This document shows, piece by piece, positions 29,754 to 39,179 of a stretch of DNA of 64,000 bases (within the stretch, counting starts at the first letter, position 1; each line of letters starts with the position of its first letter). The position numbers were made by a program, and so were the translations under genes. The stretch is from a virus. The notes beneath the pieces are model-generated. The model saw nothing but the letters and a program-made list of their open reading frames with translations, was not told the origin of the DNA and made no database searches. The stretch spans positions 32,001 to 96,000 of IMG/VR virus record IMGVR_UViG_3300020442_000009. The stretch is one strand, 5' to 3'.

Positions 29754-30438
29754 AGCTACTTCCCTCGAAATTGTTATTATAATTTTTGTCTACTGATATT
29801 TCAGAGCTGGAAACTCCCTGTCCCTTAATGTATGCAGAGTCAGAGTTTCCTATTATTTCTACATCGACATATGAAACGATATCCATGCCGTTAAATTCTA
29901 CAATTGGCTCGCCGTTCTCGCCAACTATAACATCTCCTCCGTTTCCTAAATTATACTGTTGCATTTCTGAATCTAATTTAATTTTTATTTCTTTTTCTGA
30001 AGCATTTCTTTTATTCATACTTAAGCCTTCAAAGAAAACATTTTTGCCAAAACTTCCACCAAAAAATTCAAACTTTTCTGAGTAAAAGTAATTTCCTTTG
30101 AATGCCCAGCCGTAATCTTTAATGTGTTCTGGCTTAGGATCTGCACAGTTTGTGACTGATTTTTGTTTTGTTTGATAAGGAATGCGCGATTTTACATCAT
30201 CCCATTCACTTAATTCCGGTTTAAGTCTGTATGTTTTACTCGCAACTCCTTCTAGTTCGTCGGCTGAAAAGGAACCTGCTTCTAAATCTATGAACCTGTA
30301 TCCTCTATCATATAGGTCTTGAATTTTATCCTGTTCAGCCTTACCACATTCTGCACCTTCTGCTGCAGGAATTTTTTTGGCTTTTTCATCTCCATATTTT
30401 TCTAGAGCTTGAGCTAATGATGCATATTGTATGGCCAT
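29746..30438 (-). CDS. hypothetical protein, first gene of orphan operon
   Basis: 230 aa; GTGTA motif 9 nt upstream. Confidence 0.8.
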   Translation of the reverse strand: MAIQYASLAQALEKYGDEKAKKIPAAEGAECGKAEQDKIQDLYDRGYRFIDLEAGSFSADELEGVASKTYRLKPELSEWDDVKSRIPYQTKQKSVTNCADPKPEHIKDYGWAFKGNYFYSEKFEFFGGSFGKNVFFEGLSMNKRNASEKEIKIKLDSEMQQYNLGNGGDVIVGENGEPIVEFNGMDIVSYVDVEIIGNSDSAYIKGQGVSSSEISVDKNYNNNFEGSSCG

Positions 30439-30472
30439 ACATATATATACACCAAGACAATCATTTTTCTAT

Positions 30473-31486
30473 TTAAAAATCGTCTTCCAAAGAGCCACTT
30501 TGTTGATATTCTCTAACTCTTCTTTCGAAAAAATTACCCATGGCCTGAACATCAACAACCTCGCCCAGCCAAGGAAAAGGGTTTTTGTCACTAGGAAAGC
30601 GATAGTCTAAACCAATAGATTCTAGTCTTCTGTTACCTATATAATGCATATAGTCAACAAACATTTCTGCATTTAAACCAAGAATCCCTGTAGGTAAGAC
30701 ATCATGAGCATATGCAATTTCAAGTTCAACTGCTTTTTTAATATGCTCAACAAATTCATCTTGTATTTTTTTAGTCCATATAGATGGATTTTGCTCAATT
30801 AAAGTATTAATTAGGTATGCCCCAAAAGCAATATGTGAACTCTCATCTCTTAAAGTATATTTTATTTGATCAGAAATGCCCTGAAGTTTATTTTGTCTGC
30901 CTAATGCAAGCAGCATTGCAAAGCCGCTAAAGAAAAAAGTTCCTTCACATACAATCCAATAAGTTAAAAAGTTTCTAAGTATCTCTTGCTTACCTTCTTT
31001 AGTATGTGGATTGAAATCTTGACGACTAATGTCATTAGTGATACCCATTAAAAAATCATCTTTAGCTTTTATGCTTGGAATTGTCTCATAGGCTGTAAAA
31101 ACCTCATCAATATCTAGGTCAAGACTGTCACAAATATAAACTACCGTAAGATTGTGAAGGCTTTCTTCAAAAGCTTGACGCAAAATATACTGACGGCATT
31201 CAGCGTCCGTAATAAATCTGAAAGCCGAAAGCAAAAGGTTATTACCAACCAAAGACTCGCTTCCAGCAAAAAATCCAAGACAGCGTTTGACGAGTAATTT
31301 TTCATCTTCTGTGATTTCATTATTTTTCCATTGTTTAATATCATTCTGCATGCTAATTTCAGTAGGCATCCAGTTATTTGCACAGCTCTTTAGGAATAAA
31401 TCCCATGCATATTTATGTTTGTGAGGAAGTATTCTGTTTACTCCAGCAATATTTTTAGTTAAAAGTTCTCCTGTTTTTTCGCTCAT
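30473..31486 (-). CDS. nrdB: ribonucleotide reductase beta subunit, class Ic (R2c)-like
   Basis: GFFAGSESLVGNN, EESLHNLTV, EGTFFFSGF, RDESSH, NFFERRVREY. Confidence 0.92.
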   Translation of the reverse strand: MSEKTGELLTKNIAGVNRILPHKHKYAWDLFLKSCANNWMPTEISMQNDIKQWKNNEITEDEKLLVKRCLGFFAGSESLVGNNLLLSAFRFITDAECRQYILRQAFEESLHNLTVVYICDSLDLDIDEVFTAYETIPSIKAKDDFLMGITNDISRQDFNPHTKEGKQEILRNFLTYWIVCEGTFFFSGFAMLLALGRQNKLQGISDQIKYTLRDESSHIAFGAYLINTLIEQNPSIWTKKIQDEFVEHIKKAVELEIAYAHDVLPTGILGLNAEMFVDYMHYIGNRRLESIGLDYRFPSDKNPFPWLGEVVDVQAMGNFFERRVREYQQSGSLEDDF

Positions 31487-31526
31487 TATGTATGGTATAT
31501 CGTATTATTATGTTTTTAGGTTCATA

Positions 31527-31555
31527 ATAATAGCAAAAAAATATTAAAGTGTCAA
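31527..31555 (-). promoter_or_regulatory. sigma-70-type promoter TTGACA-17-TATTAT for nrdB
   Basis: -35 at 31550-31555, -10 at 31527-31532. Confidence 0.7.
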
Positions 31556-31809
31556 GTTTTAATTCCGTCAACCGTTAGGGGTCTAAATCCAGCATCGTGA
31601 TCGTCTCCAATGCTTATAATTTCTGCTCCCATTCCAAAATTACTTAACTTTCTATACAATTCTCTGCCTGTATGGTTCATGTAATACAGTTCGGACTCAC
31701 CAGCAACTAGAGCTGTTTTAATTTGACCTTTTAAGGTGTTAAGTTTTGTTGCCATCTCATTTTGATTTTGAATGGCATGTATCTGGTTGTTTAATTCTTG
31801 AAGAGTCAT
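31552..31809 (-). CDS. hypothetical protein
   Basis: Start moved to ATG 31809 (MTLQELNNQ), 10 nt after GTGTA motif. Confidence 0.7.
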   Translation of the reverse strand: MTLQELNNQIHAIQNQNEMATKLNTLKGQIKTALVAGESELYYMNHTGRELYRKLSNFGMGAEIISIGDDHDAGFRPLTVDGIKT

Positions 31810-31863
31810 ATATAATATGTACACTTTTTTTGGAAAAAAACAAGCAACCTTTTAATATTGAAT

Positions 31864-32922
31864 ATGATTAAATCTATTTTAAAAAACAGAGAAATTCAAG
31901 ATAAAGAAGCATCGTTAAGCGATTTAGCGGATAAGCTTTTAAGTAATATAGATATGTCTTTGTTTGATAAAGATTTTGTAGAGCAAGAATGGGCTAAGTC
32001 AAAGATTAAAAAAATTGCAGCAAAAATAGATATTAAAAATAATATACCTTACTTTGATGCTCCTTATGGTCATCATCATGGTAGGTATCCAGATTTAAAA
32101 TATAGCATGTTGCAAACTTGTAGAAAGTATCAACTGCCTGACTGTAGTTTTTTAGTTTTTTTAAATGATGCATATGCATCTACTTTTCCTGCATTTTCGA
32201 CTATAAGAAGGTTAAAGGAAGACATTTTTAATATACCTATTCCCATGGGAAATATGAGAGGAATGGGTGACGGAAATAATACACCATTAATGGGTTGGGA
32301 TGAGCTTGTTCAGGGTGAATTGTTGAATACTCATAATCAATATCCTTGGGATAAGAAAATAGATATAGCTGTATTTAGGGGTCAATACATGCATCAAACT
32401 TGGAAGCTTGGGAAATACACAGAAGAGAAAGCTGAAAGTTGGACAGAAGTTAATCGTGGAGTATTGTTTAATGTAGGTTCTAGCAATAAAGATTTATTTG
32501 ATATTGGTTTCAATGTTGTTGGAGCTAATCCTTTTGAGGAGGATATTCCGTCTACTGACCTTATACCTTTTGCTGAACAACAAAAATATAAATACATGAT
32601 ATGCATGGGGACAAATGCAAACTGGGCAGAAAGATTGAGGAATCATTTGTTTACTAATTCTGTATTAATTAAACACGAAGCAGAATGTATGGAATGGTTT
32701 TATTATTTACTTGAGCCTTATAAACATTATATACCGTACAATTTAATGGTTACAGATCTGGCTGAAAATATTAAATGGGCAAAAGCGAATGATGAAAAAT
32801 GTAAAGACATTGTAAAAAATGCGAACCAATTTGCTCAAGAATATTTAAAAGAAGAAACTATGTTCTTATTTACTAAAATATTAATTACAAAATATAGTGA
32901 ATCAGTACAAACAAGTAATTGA
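31864..32922 (+). CDS. GT90 (CAP10/KDELC/POGLUT-like) glycosyltransferase 1
   Basis: PWDKKIDIAVFRG, QQKYKY, WAERL, EWFYYLLEPYKHYIP, WAKAND...ANQFA. Confidence 0.85.
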   Translation: MIKSILKNREIQDKEASLSDLADKLLSNIDMSLFDKDFVEQEWAKSKIKKIAAKIDIKNNIPYFDAPYGHHHGRYPDLKYSMLQTCRKYQLPDCSFLVFLNDAYASTFPAFSTIRRLKEDIFNIPIPMGNMRGMGDGNNTPLMGWDELVQGELLNTHNQYPWDKKIDIAVFRGQYMHQTWKLGKYTEEKAESWTEVNRGVLFNVGSSNKDLFDIGFNVVGANPFEEDIPSTDLIPFAEQQKYKYMICMGTNANWAERLRNHLFTNSVLIKHEAECMEWFYYLLEPYKHYIPYNLMVTDLAENIKWAKANDEKCKDIVKNANQFAQEYLKEETMFLFTKILITKYSESVQTSN

Positions 32923-33937
32923 AAATTTTTTTAAAGATTTTCAGCCTAATAGTATCTCAAGAAATGATTTAGATCAATATTATAATCACCCTAGGGAATG
33001 GAAATATTTATCTAGAATAAAAATTATTAATAACAAACCCATCTTTCATGCAAATGAAGGTGAGAAAAGAGGTAGGTATGGTCCTGTTGTTGATTTAATT
33101 AAAAAAGTTACTGAATTATATAATTTTAAAGATACTGAGTTCTTGGTAAACACTGGAGATGGGGTACATTCTGATGTACCTTGTTTTGGTGTTATAAGAA
33201 CCAATCCAGAAAAGCCTAAAGGAATAATTCCATTTCCCGTAGGAAATTCTAACGGAATGAAATATGGTTTTGGTACACCGATAGTTAACTGGGATAAATA
33301 TGTTGATGAGCATATTGTGCAACTTGGGAAAAAATATGATTTTAAATCTAAAATAAATAAAGTAGCATGGCGAGGGTCTTTTAAAATGATTACTTGGGCA
33401 GCTGGACAATATTCAAAAAAAAGAATAGAGTCTTGGAGGGATTGCACTCGATCAAAACTTTATTTTATAACTAAAGATCGAGAGGACATTTTTGATGTTG
33501 GAATTACTGGAATATCAGATAAATACCATAGTCCTAATTCACCAGTGCCAGATGAAGCTTACGATTTAATTAAACTAAAAAATAGAATACCTTTTCCAGA
33601 AATGCAAAAATATGTTGGTATAATGGATGTGGGTAATGTATGCGAGTGGTCAGAAAGAATAAGAAAGCAGCTATATATGAACTCTGTAATGATTATGCAA
33701 GAACAGTCTGCCCAAGAGTTTTTTACACCATTACTAAAACCTTTCATTCACTATGTCCCAACTAAGGGAGATTGGAGTGATCTTGTTCAAATAGGTGAAT
33801 GGGTTGTTAATAGCCCAGAAGAAGTAAAAAAAATTATAGAAAATGCAAATCAATTTGCTTACCAGTACTTATGCGAAAAGTCGATGTACGAATATACTAA
33901 AATGGCAATCGAAAAATATACCACTTTGCTAAAGTAA
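32897..33937 (+). CDS. GT90 glycosyltransferase 2
   Basis: EFLVNTGD, KVAWRG, WSERI, EFFTPLLKPFIHYVP, NANQFA. Confidence 0.85.
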   Translation: MNQYKQVIENFFKDFQPNSISRNDLDQYYNHPREWKYLSRIKIINNKPIFHANEGEKRGRYGPVVDLIKKVTELYNFKDTEFLVNTGDGVHSDVPCFGVIRTNPEKPKGIIPFPVGNSNGMKYGFGTPIVNWDKYVDEHIVQLGKKYDFKSKINKVAWRGSFKMITWAAGQYSKKRIESWRDCTRSKLYFITKDREDIFDVGITGISDKYHSPNSPVPDEAYDLIKLKNRIPFPEMQKYVGIMDVGNVCEWSERIRKQLYMNSVMIMQEQSAQEFFTPLLKPFIHYVPTKGDWSDLVQIGEWVVNSPEEVKKIIENANQFAYQYLCEKSMYEYTKMAIEKYTTLLK

Positions 33938-34885
33938 ATGGAAAAATATGTAATATTAAAAGATATTTTTTATGATGGTGGTAGATTGTTTTGTCCCAAC
34001 ATTAAAAAATCAATATCTGTTCCAGTAGCATTTTCAACTACAATCGACATACACCCTCTTTCATATAAGATCGATCCAGTTAAGGTTTATGAGTCTTGTT
34101 TTTTACATAAAAGGCATGTAGTTGGCGGTTATGTTCATATTCTTATGGATGAATGTTGGGGTATGTTTTATGGAATTAAAAAACACAATTTTAATCCAGA
34201 ATTTATACTAAGTTTGAACAATGATAATAGGTCATTTAATGGAGAATGGAATCTGTGGTTAAATAAGTTTTTAAAATACGATGTAAAAGAGGAGCCGGCT
34301 ATTAAATCTCCAATATTAATTAAAAATGTTTTAACGGGGTGGGCGACTAATAGTATTATATTTAAAGATAATGATTTTAACTATGAATCTTTTCCAAATT
34401 CAATTAAAGATATTCATAATATAAAGCCCAATGCAAACCCTTCTGAAGTTGTGTTTGATGTAAGATCAAAAACCAGAACTATATTAAATATAGAACAATT
34501 AAAAAAAGAATTAAGTTTTTTAAATGTAAATTTTGTTAAATTTGATCAAATGTCAATAAAACGCCAAATTCAAACAATGAATAATGCTAAGCTATTTATA
34601 TCACAGCATGGTGCTGGATTGGCTAATTCTATATTTATGAACCAAGGTTGTAAAGTGATGGAATTAATTCAAGAGGATTATCAGAAGTATGATGCATATC
34701 AAATGATTTGCAAAAGGTTTAATCTTAATTATGTTAAACATGTTGAGCCTCAAAAAAATTCAATTAAAAAAATAACCAAACACGAAAAGAGAGATCAGGA
34801 CTTGATTATTAATACCAGACAAATAATAAATGAAATTTTGCGATCCGAAATTTCTAAACAAGATTTGGCTGATAGGTGGGGATAA
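33938..34885 (+). CDS. GT61 (DUF563) glycosyltransferase
   Basis: RTILNIEQL, QIQTMNNAKLFISQHGAGLANSIFM, VMEL. Confidence 0.85.
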   Translation: MEKYVILKDIFYDGGRLFCPNIKKSISVPVAFSTTIDIHPLSYKIDPVKVYESCFLHKRHVVGGYVHILMDECWGMFYGIKKHNFNPEFILSLNNDNRSFNGEWNLWLNKFLKYDVKEEPAIKSPILIKNVLTGWATNSIIFKDNDFNYESFPNSIKDIHNIKPNANPSEVVFDVRSKTRTILNIEQLKKELSFLNVNFVKFDQMSIKRQIQTMNNAKLFISQHGAGLANSIFMNQGCKVMELIQEDYQKYDAYQMICKRFNLNYVKHVEPQKNSIKKITKHEKRDQDLIINTRQIINEILRSEISKQDLADRWG

Positions 34886-34915
34886 ATGAAATTATTAATA
34901 TAAACAAAATAAAAA

Positions 34916-35503
34916 ATGAAATTATTCGATAAAAATTCAAAATTCTTTAAAGAAAAAGGGCAAATAAGAAAACTTTCTTATGTAGCAGAGTATTGCTGTC
35001 AAAACTTTGAAGGCGACTTGATTGAAATAGGTTGCTTGAGGGGAGTTATGACATGCAAGTATGCTGAAGTGGCAAAAAAATATGGAAGAAAAGTTTGGGC
35101 GGTAGACCCTTGGTATGAAGACAACCCAAAATATTGTGCTAATTTGCAAGGATTTTATGATGAATTTATAAAAAATACAGAGGATTATAAAAATCATATA
35201 GAAATCATTAGAGCCAGCTCCTTGGATGTGGATGTAATTAAAAAAATTAAAGGTATCAATCTATGTTTCGCTTCCGTTGATGGTTTGCATACTAAGGAAG
35301 CATGCTATTCAGATATAATGTCGGTATCTCATTGTTCTGGAGTCATTGCTGTAGATGATGTAATAAACTATAAAGGAGAAATTAATTGGGAACAAAAAAT
35401 GAGAGATGCTATAAGTGAAGCAATGATTAACCTTAAAGATTATTCAGTAATTTGGCCTACTGCAGAAAATAAAATAGAAAAAAATGCATACCTATATAGA
35501 TGA
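34916..35503 (+). CDS. class I SAM methyltransferase (Methyltransf_24-like)
   Basis: LIEIGCLRG, AVDPW, VDGLH, IAVDD. Confidence 0.8.
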   Translation: MKLFDKNSKFFKEKGQIRKLSYVAEYCCQNFEGDLIEIGCLRGVMTCKYAEVAKKYGRKVWAVDPWYEDNPKYCANLQGFYDEFIKNTEDYKNHIEIIRASSLDVDVIKKIKGINLCFASVDGLHTKEACYSDIMSVSHCSGVIAVDDVINYKGEINWEQKMRDAISEAMINLKDYSVIWPTAENKIEKNAYLYR

Positions 35504-36294
35504 AATTATTAATTAATTTTTTACCAACAGGACTTGGAGATAGGTTACAATATAACATAAAGAAAATACCTTATCTAAAATCAAAATTTAAACAGCTAGA
35601 TATTTATGCAAGCTGGAAAATAAATAATCAATGTTTGGCAAATTTTGAGGACTTATTTAAAAATGTGTATAATATAAATTTTGTTGACGAGCTTTTTAGT
35701 GAAGAAGATTTACTTAAAAATGAAGAAGAAATTTGTAGTAAATTAAATATAAAACCAATAGATTTGACACACAAAGCGTTACCAAAAGAAAATACCCACA
35801 AAGTATTACAAATAAAAGATGAAATTTTAAATGAAATTTTAAGTTTGCAAAAAAAATATCAAATTGACAAATCAGTTATTGGTATTCATTTAAGGGTTCC
35901 TGAGAATTTTGATTTTAAAAATCCAGAAAAAATATTGGATAAAGATCCCAGTTATGCTAATTGGAAAGCTAAGCATTTGATGGATAACTTAAGTGTTTTA
36001 GAAAAAAACTATGATTTTCTAAAAAATAAAAGAGTGCTTGTTTTTTCAGATAGCAAAGAATTAATAGAAGAAATGCTTTTAAAATATGATAATTTTTTTA
36101 CAATTGATGAATGTGAAAAGCTTCCCATAGATAATAAAAAGGGAATCAGTCACGTTCGTAGAAGTAAGGAATCTGTAATTGCAGGTTTGAAAGCGGCTGG
36201 GCTACTGTCTTTGTGTAATTATAACAATAAAATCAAACTAAGGTTAACCAGCAATTTTTCAAAAATCCCAACGTGGATTAAAATTGGTAATTAA
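35500..36294 (+). CDS. fucosyltransferase-like GT-B protein (NodZ/O-FucT-like)
   Basis: GLGDRL, IGIHLR, VFSDS, SNFS resemble fucosyltransferase motifs I-III. Confidence 0.6.
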   Translation: MKLLINFLPTGLGDRLQYNIKKIPYLKSKFKQLDIYASWKINNQCLANFEDLFKNVYNINFVDELFSEEDLLKNEEEICSKLNIKPIDLTHKALPKENTHKVLQIKDEILNEILSLQKKYQIDKSVIGIHLRVPENFDFKNPEKILDKDPSYANWKAKHLMDNLSVLEKNYDFLKNKRVLVFSDSKELIEEMLLKYDNFFTIDECEKLPIDNKKGISHVRRSKESVIAGLKAAGLLSLCNYNNKIKLRLTSNFSKIPTWIKIGN

Positions 36295-36916
36295 AATTTA
36301 TAATATCTCGATTATATTTTTCCAGAGTTATTGCTTTGGTTGATTCGTTATAATATTCTCTATAATTAATAGACCGATTGGATTTATTTCTGTGAGGTAG
36401 ATTGAGTTTTTCGAGGCCAATTGCTTTACAAACATGGTTGAAACCTGATTGTAAATTTTCATATTTAATAATAAAATCTAAATTGCTGGCTCCATCTTTA
36501 ACTTCAGTAAAGCAAGTTTGATCTGCAAGGTGACCATTCTTGATTTCTCGTTTAGGATACCAAGTTTGTGATGTTTCTCTCCAAGTTAATTGGTGATCAT
36601 TTGGTTGGTCTCTAACCATATTTACAAAATTTTCAAAAGAAACTTCTTTATTTCCCCAAGGTGTAGATATTTGACCTTTGCCCGTTCCGCTTTGCCAGCT
36701 GTATTCAGAGACCAATCTATCCCAAGGATTTCTAACTACAGTAAATTTGTAATAATTGTTCCAAGTTTCTAAACCAAAACGGTCAATTAGTTGCGAAGAT
36801 GTGTGATGCCACAACCCTTCATCCACTAAACCTCTTCCAGAAAAAAGAGTGTCAATACTATTACCTGCAGTTTTAGGTATGTGAATGAAAATAAATTTAT
36901 GCTTATGGTTTATCAT
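36278..36916 (-). CDS. sulfotransferase family 2
   Basis: FIFIHIPKTAGNSI, FTVVRNPWDRLVSEY, FIIKYENL; likely ATG 36916. Confidence 0.9.
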   Translation of the reverse strand: MINHKHKFIFIHIPKTAGNSIDTLFSGRGLVDEGLWHHTSSQLIDRFGLETWNNYYKFTVVRNPWDRLVSEYSWQSGTGKGQISTPWGNKEVSFENFVNMVRDQPNDHQLTWRETSQTWYPKREIKNGHLADQTCFTEVKDGASNLDFIIKYENLQSGFNHVCKAIGLEKLNLPHRNKSNRSINYREYYNESTKAITLEKYNRDIINFNYQF

Positions 36917-37934
36917 TGAAAGCTGCATTTAAAATTGGCCAAACTCGATCATCAATCATGTGGCAATTTTTTGGGTGGTGACAATGCATATCTATGTAAT
37001 AACCATTTTTTAATAAATTTAAATCTAAATTTTTATTAGATAGATTTCTAATGCCAGATTCAAGTTCACTCTCAGTTAGATTTAAGGTTAGAAGTTCTTT
37101 ATGCTGCCTGCTATCTTCATTCCTTAATTGTTCTTCATAGGGAAATGAATGAGGGAGAATTGTTTTATCGTCAAATCCATATTTTTTTAAAAAATCTTCT
37201 TTAAGCTCTTCATGTAATCGTGCTTTTGGTTGCAATTTTCTGTATTGAGGTGCAATAAATCCAGTAAACTTATCAAAATGATTAAACCAATGATGACTTT
37301 CCATACTAGAGGCATTAAGGGATGGAATATTTTTTTTAATTAAATCAGTAGTATAGTATTCTTCATATGTCCAAACAGAGCCTCCATGTGCGGGTTGAGT
37401 ATTAAGTGATTCCCAGTCTGTTTTTGTTAATTCTTGAGCTCCCGCTAATTGAGCAAAAGAATGTTCTACTAAACTTCTTTGTAATTCTAAAATGGCAGAA
37501 AATGTTTTGCCTTTGGCTACATGATAATGTCCAGTAAGTCTGCGAGGAAGCCTGTTAGAGCATAGGTGTACATAGTAATCGTCTGGAATTTCTGATATAT
37601 TTTTAATGAAATGATTTTTTTGCAAGGGCAATAAGTCTATATCTCCAACAAGCCATGTTGTTTCTGGTTCATTTTGAGTATAGTACCATTTATTAAAAAT
37701 TAATTGACGCATATTGAAAGATCTTAAATCACCGAAAATAGAACTTGTTGGAGGTTCTTCGTATTTACATTCGATAATTTGACCATATTCTTCACTTAAA
37801 TTATGCTTTTTTTTAGAACCGTACAACAATAAAACTGGATCAATATTTAAAAAGGTTTTCCATACCTTGGATTGCACATTCCACCAGCAGGAATATTCTT
37901 CGGAACTACTAAAAATAACTTTATCAATTTTCAT
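36903..37934 (-). CDS. putative GT-A glycosyltransferase-like protein
   Basis: LVGDIDLLPL (DxD), YHVAKG, YIDMH; cluster context. Confidence 0.5.
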   Translation of the reverse strand: MKIDKVIFSSSEEYSCWWNVQSKVWKTFLNIDPVLLLYGSKKKHNLSEEYGQIIECKYEEPPTSSIFGDLRSFNMRQLIFNKWYYTQNEPETTWLVGDIDLLPLQKNHFIKNISEIPDDYYVHLCSNRLPRRLTGHYHVAKGKTFSAILELQRSLVEHSFAQLAGAQELTKTDWESLNTQPAHGGSVWTYEEYYTTDLIKKNIPSLNASSMESHHWFNHFDKFTGFIAPQYRKLQPKARLHEELKEDFLKKYGFDDKTILPHSFPYEEQLRNEDSRQHKELLTLNLTESELESGIRNLSNKNLDLNLLKNGYYIDMHCHHPKNCHMIDDRVWPILNAAFNDKP

Positions 37935-38373
37935 TAATTAATGATACGAAATCTGAGCAAACTGCATGAACTTTAGGGAGGTGTTTCAAAAGAAGCAAGT
38001 CATTTTTGCTTAAAAGGGGAATGACTGAGTTGTTATCACAGATATTTAAATCGTGGCACCATATATTTTTTTCATTTCTAATTGCTGTGCAAATTTCAGA
38101 ACTATGATAGAAAGTTTTTAGAGGTGTGTTTGTCAGGAAAGACAATGATTGATAATCTTTACAGTGAATCCATAAATTTTCAGCTCTGTCCAGTAACCAT
38201 GACTTTTCTACTTTATATTGAGCTACATCATGACCTAAAAAAAGACTTCCATTAATTAATCTAACATCAATCTCTGCATCATAATTAATAAGAGCTTGAT
38301 CTATATAATCAGCGGTATTTTCTAACTCTTTGTTAGGTCCAGAAATGTTTCCTCTGTGAGCAATCAATCTCAT
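37924..38373 (-). CDS. GDPD/PLC-like phosphodiesterase-fold protein
   Basis: IAHRGN...EN...EIDV...LGHD...WIHCK...VCSD. Confidence 0.75.
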   Translation of the reverse strand: MRLIAHRGNISGPNKELENTADYIDQALINYDAEIDVRLINGSLFLGHDVAQYKVEKSWLLDRAENLWIHCKDYQSLSFLTNTPLKTFYHSSEICTAIRNEKNIWCHDLNICDNNSVIPLLSKNDLLLLKHLPKVHAVCSDFVSLINEN

Positions 38374-39179
38374 TTGAACCAATTTTGCCAAAAAATATAA
38401 TCTTCAACATCTTCAGGTATACCAAAAGATACATAAGGACATTCATATAGTTTGACTTTTAAGCCGTCTGCGATCATCTCTTGGTAAAGTTGTGTAACGT
38501 AATATTCTCCGTTTACAGTTTTATTTTGACTCATTAAGGAATTTGAATAATCTTTGAATATTTTTCCAGTTTTAAAATAGTAAGATCCATTTGAACCTCC
38601 ACAGTTAGAGAGATCTGGTTTAGAAAAATACGATTTGCTTAAACCTAGTAAATCAAAATTTTGATTTAAGTCTAAAAATATGTTTTCAAAATTATATTTT
38701 TCTATAACTTCTTGACAGTTAAATTCTCCGTCATGCCTTACGAAGCAATAATATTTATTATTTCTCCAATGAGGATTGTGGAGATTATGAGATGTTAGTC
38801 CACCGTCTACATCGCTAAATGTACTCAGCATATTGGTTATATTGAGTTTCTGGGGAGCATCAATATAGGTAATTAACAAATCTTCATCATCTAGCAAATT
38901 GTCGTGTATATTAGTGAGACTATAAAGCGGTCCTAATTGGTTTGATTCTATGCCGATTGCTTTGCCGTTTGAGTGTTTTTTGATTTCTTTTTCTAAATCA
39001 GTGCTTTCTAGGTCTTCGTTGCGGCATAAAAATATTGTTTCATAATCATGAAAGTCGGGAATTAAATCAATAAAAACCTCTATTGAGGTTTTTCCATTTA
39101 TGTTTAACAGTGATTTGTGCGGATATCCTTTTGCAGTAAATCGTTTACTGTTTCCTGATAGGGTTATTACATGTTTCAT
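38370..39179 (-). CDS. sugar-phosphate nucleotidyltransferase-like protein
   Basis: LSGNSKRF...PHKSLL, GSYYFKTG, NGEYYV, FGIPED. Confidence 0.75.
   Translation of the reverse strand: MKHVITLSGNSKRFTAKGYPHKSLLNINGKTSIEVFIDLIPDFHDYETIFLCRNEDLESTDLEKEIKKHSNGKAIGIESNQLGPLYSLTNIHDNLLDDEDLLITYIDAPQKLNITNMLSTFSDVDGGLTSHNLHNPHWRNNKYYCFVRHDGEFNCQEVIEKYNFENIFLDLNQNFDLLGLSKSYFSKPDLSNCGGSNGSYYFKTGKIFKDYSNSLMSQNKTVNGEYYVTQLYQEMIADGLKVKLYECPYVSFGIPEDVEDYIFWQNWFK

Noticed and set aside
27217-30438. Multiheme cytochromes
   Set aside because: CxxC pairs are not followed by His and there are no signal peptides
31508-31525. uORF MNLKT before nrdB
   Set aside because: Its ATG is 1 nt from the -10 box, so it lies upstream of the likely transcription start
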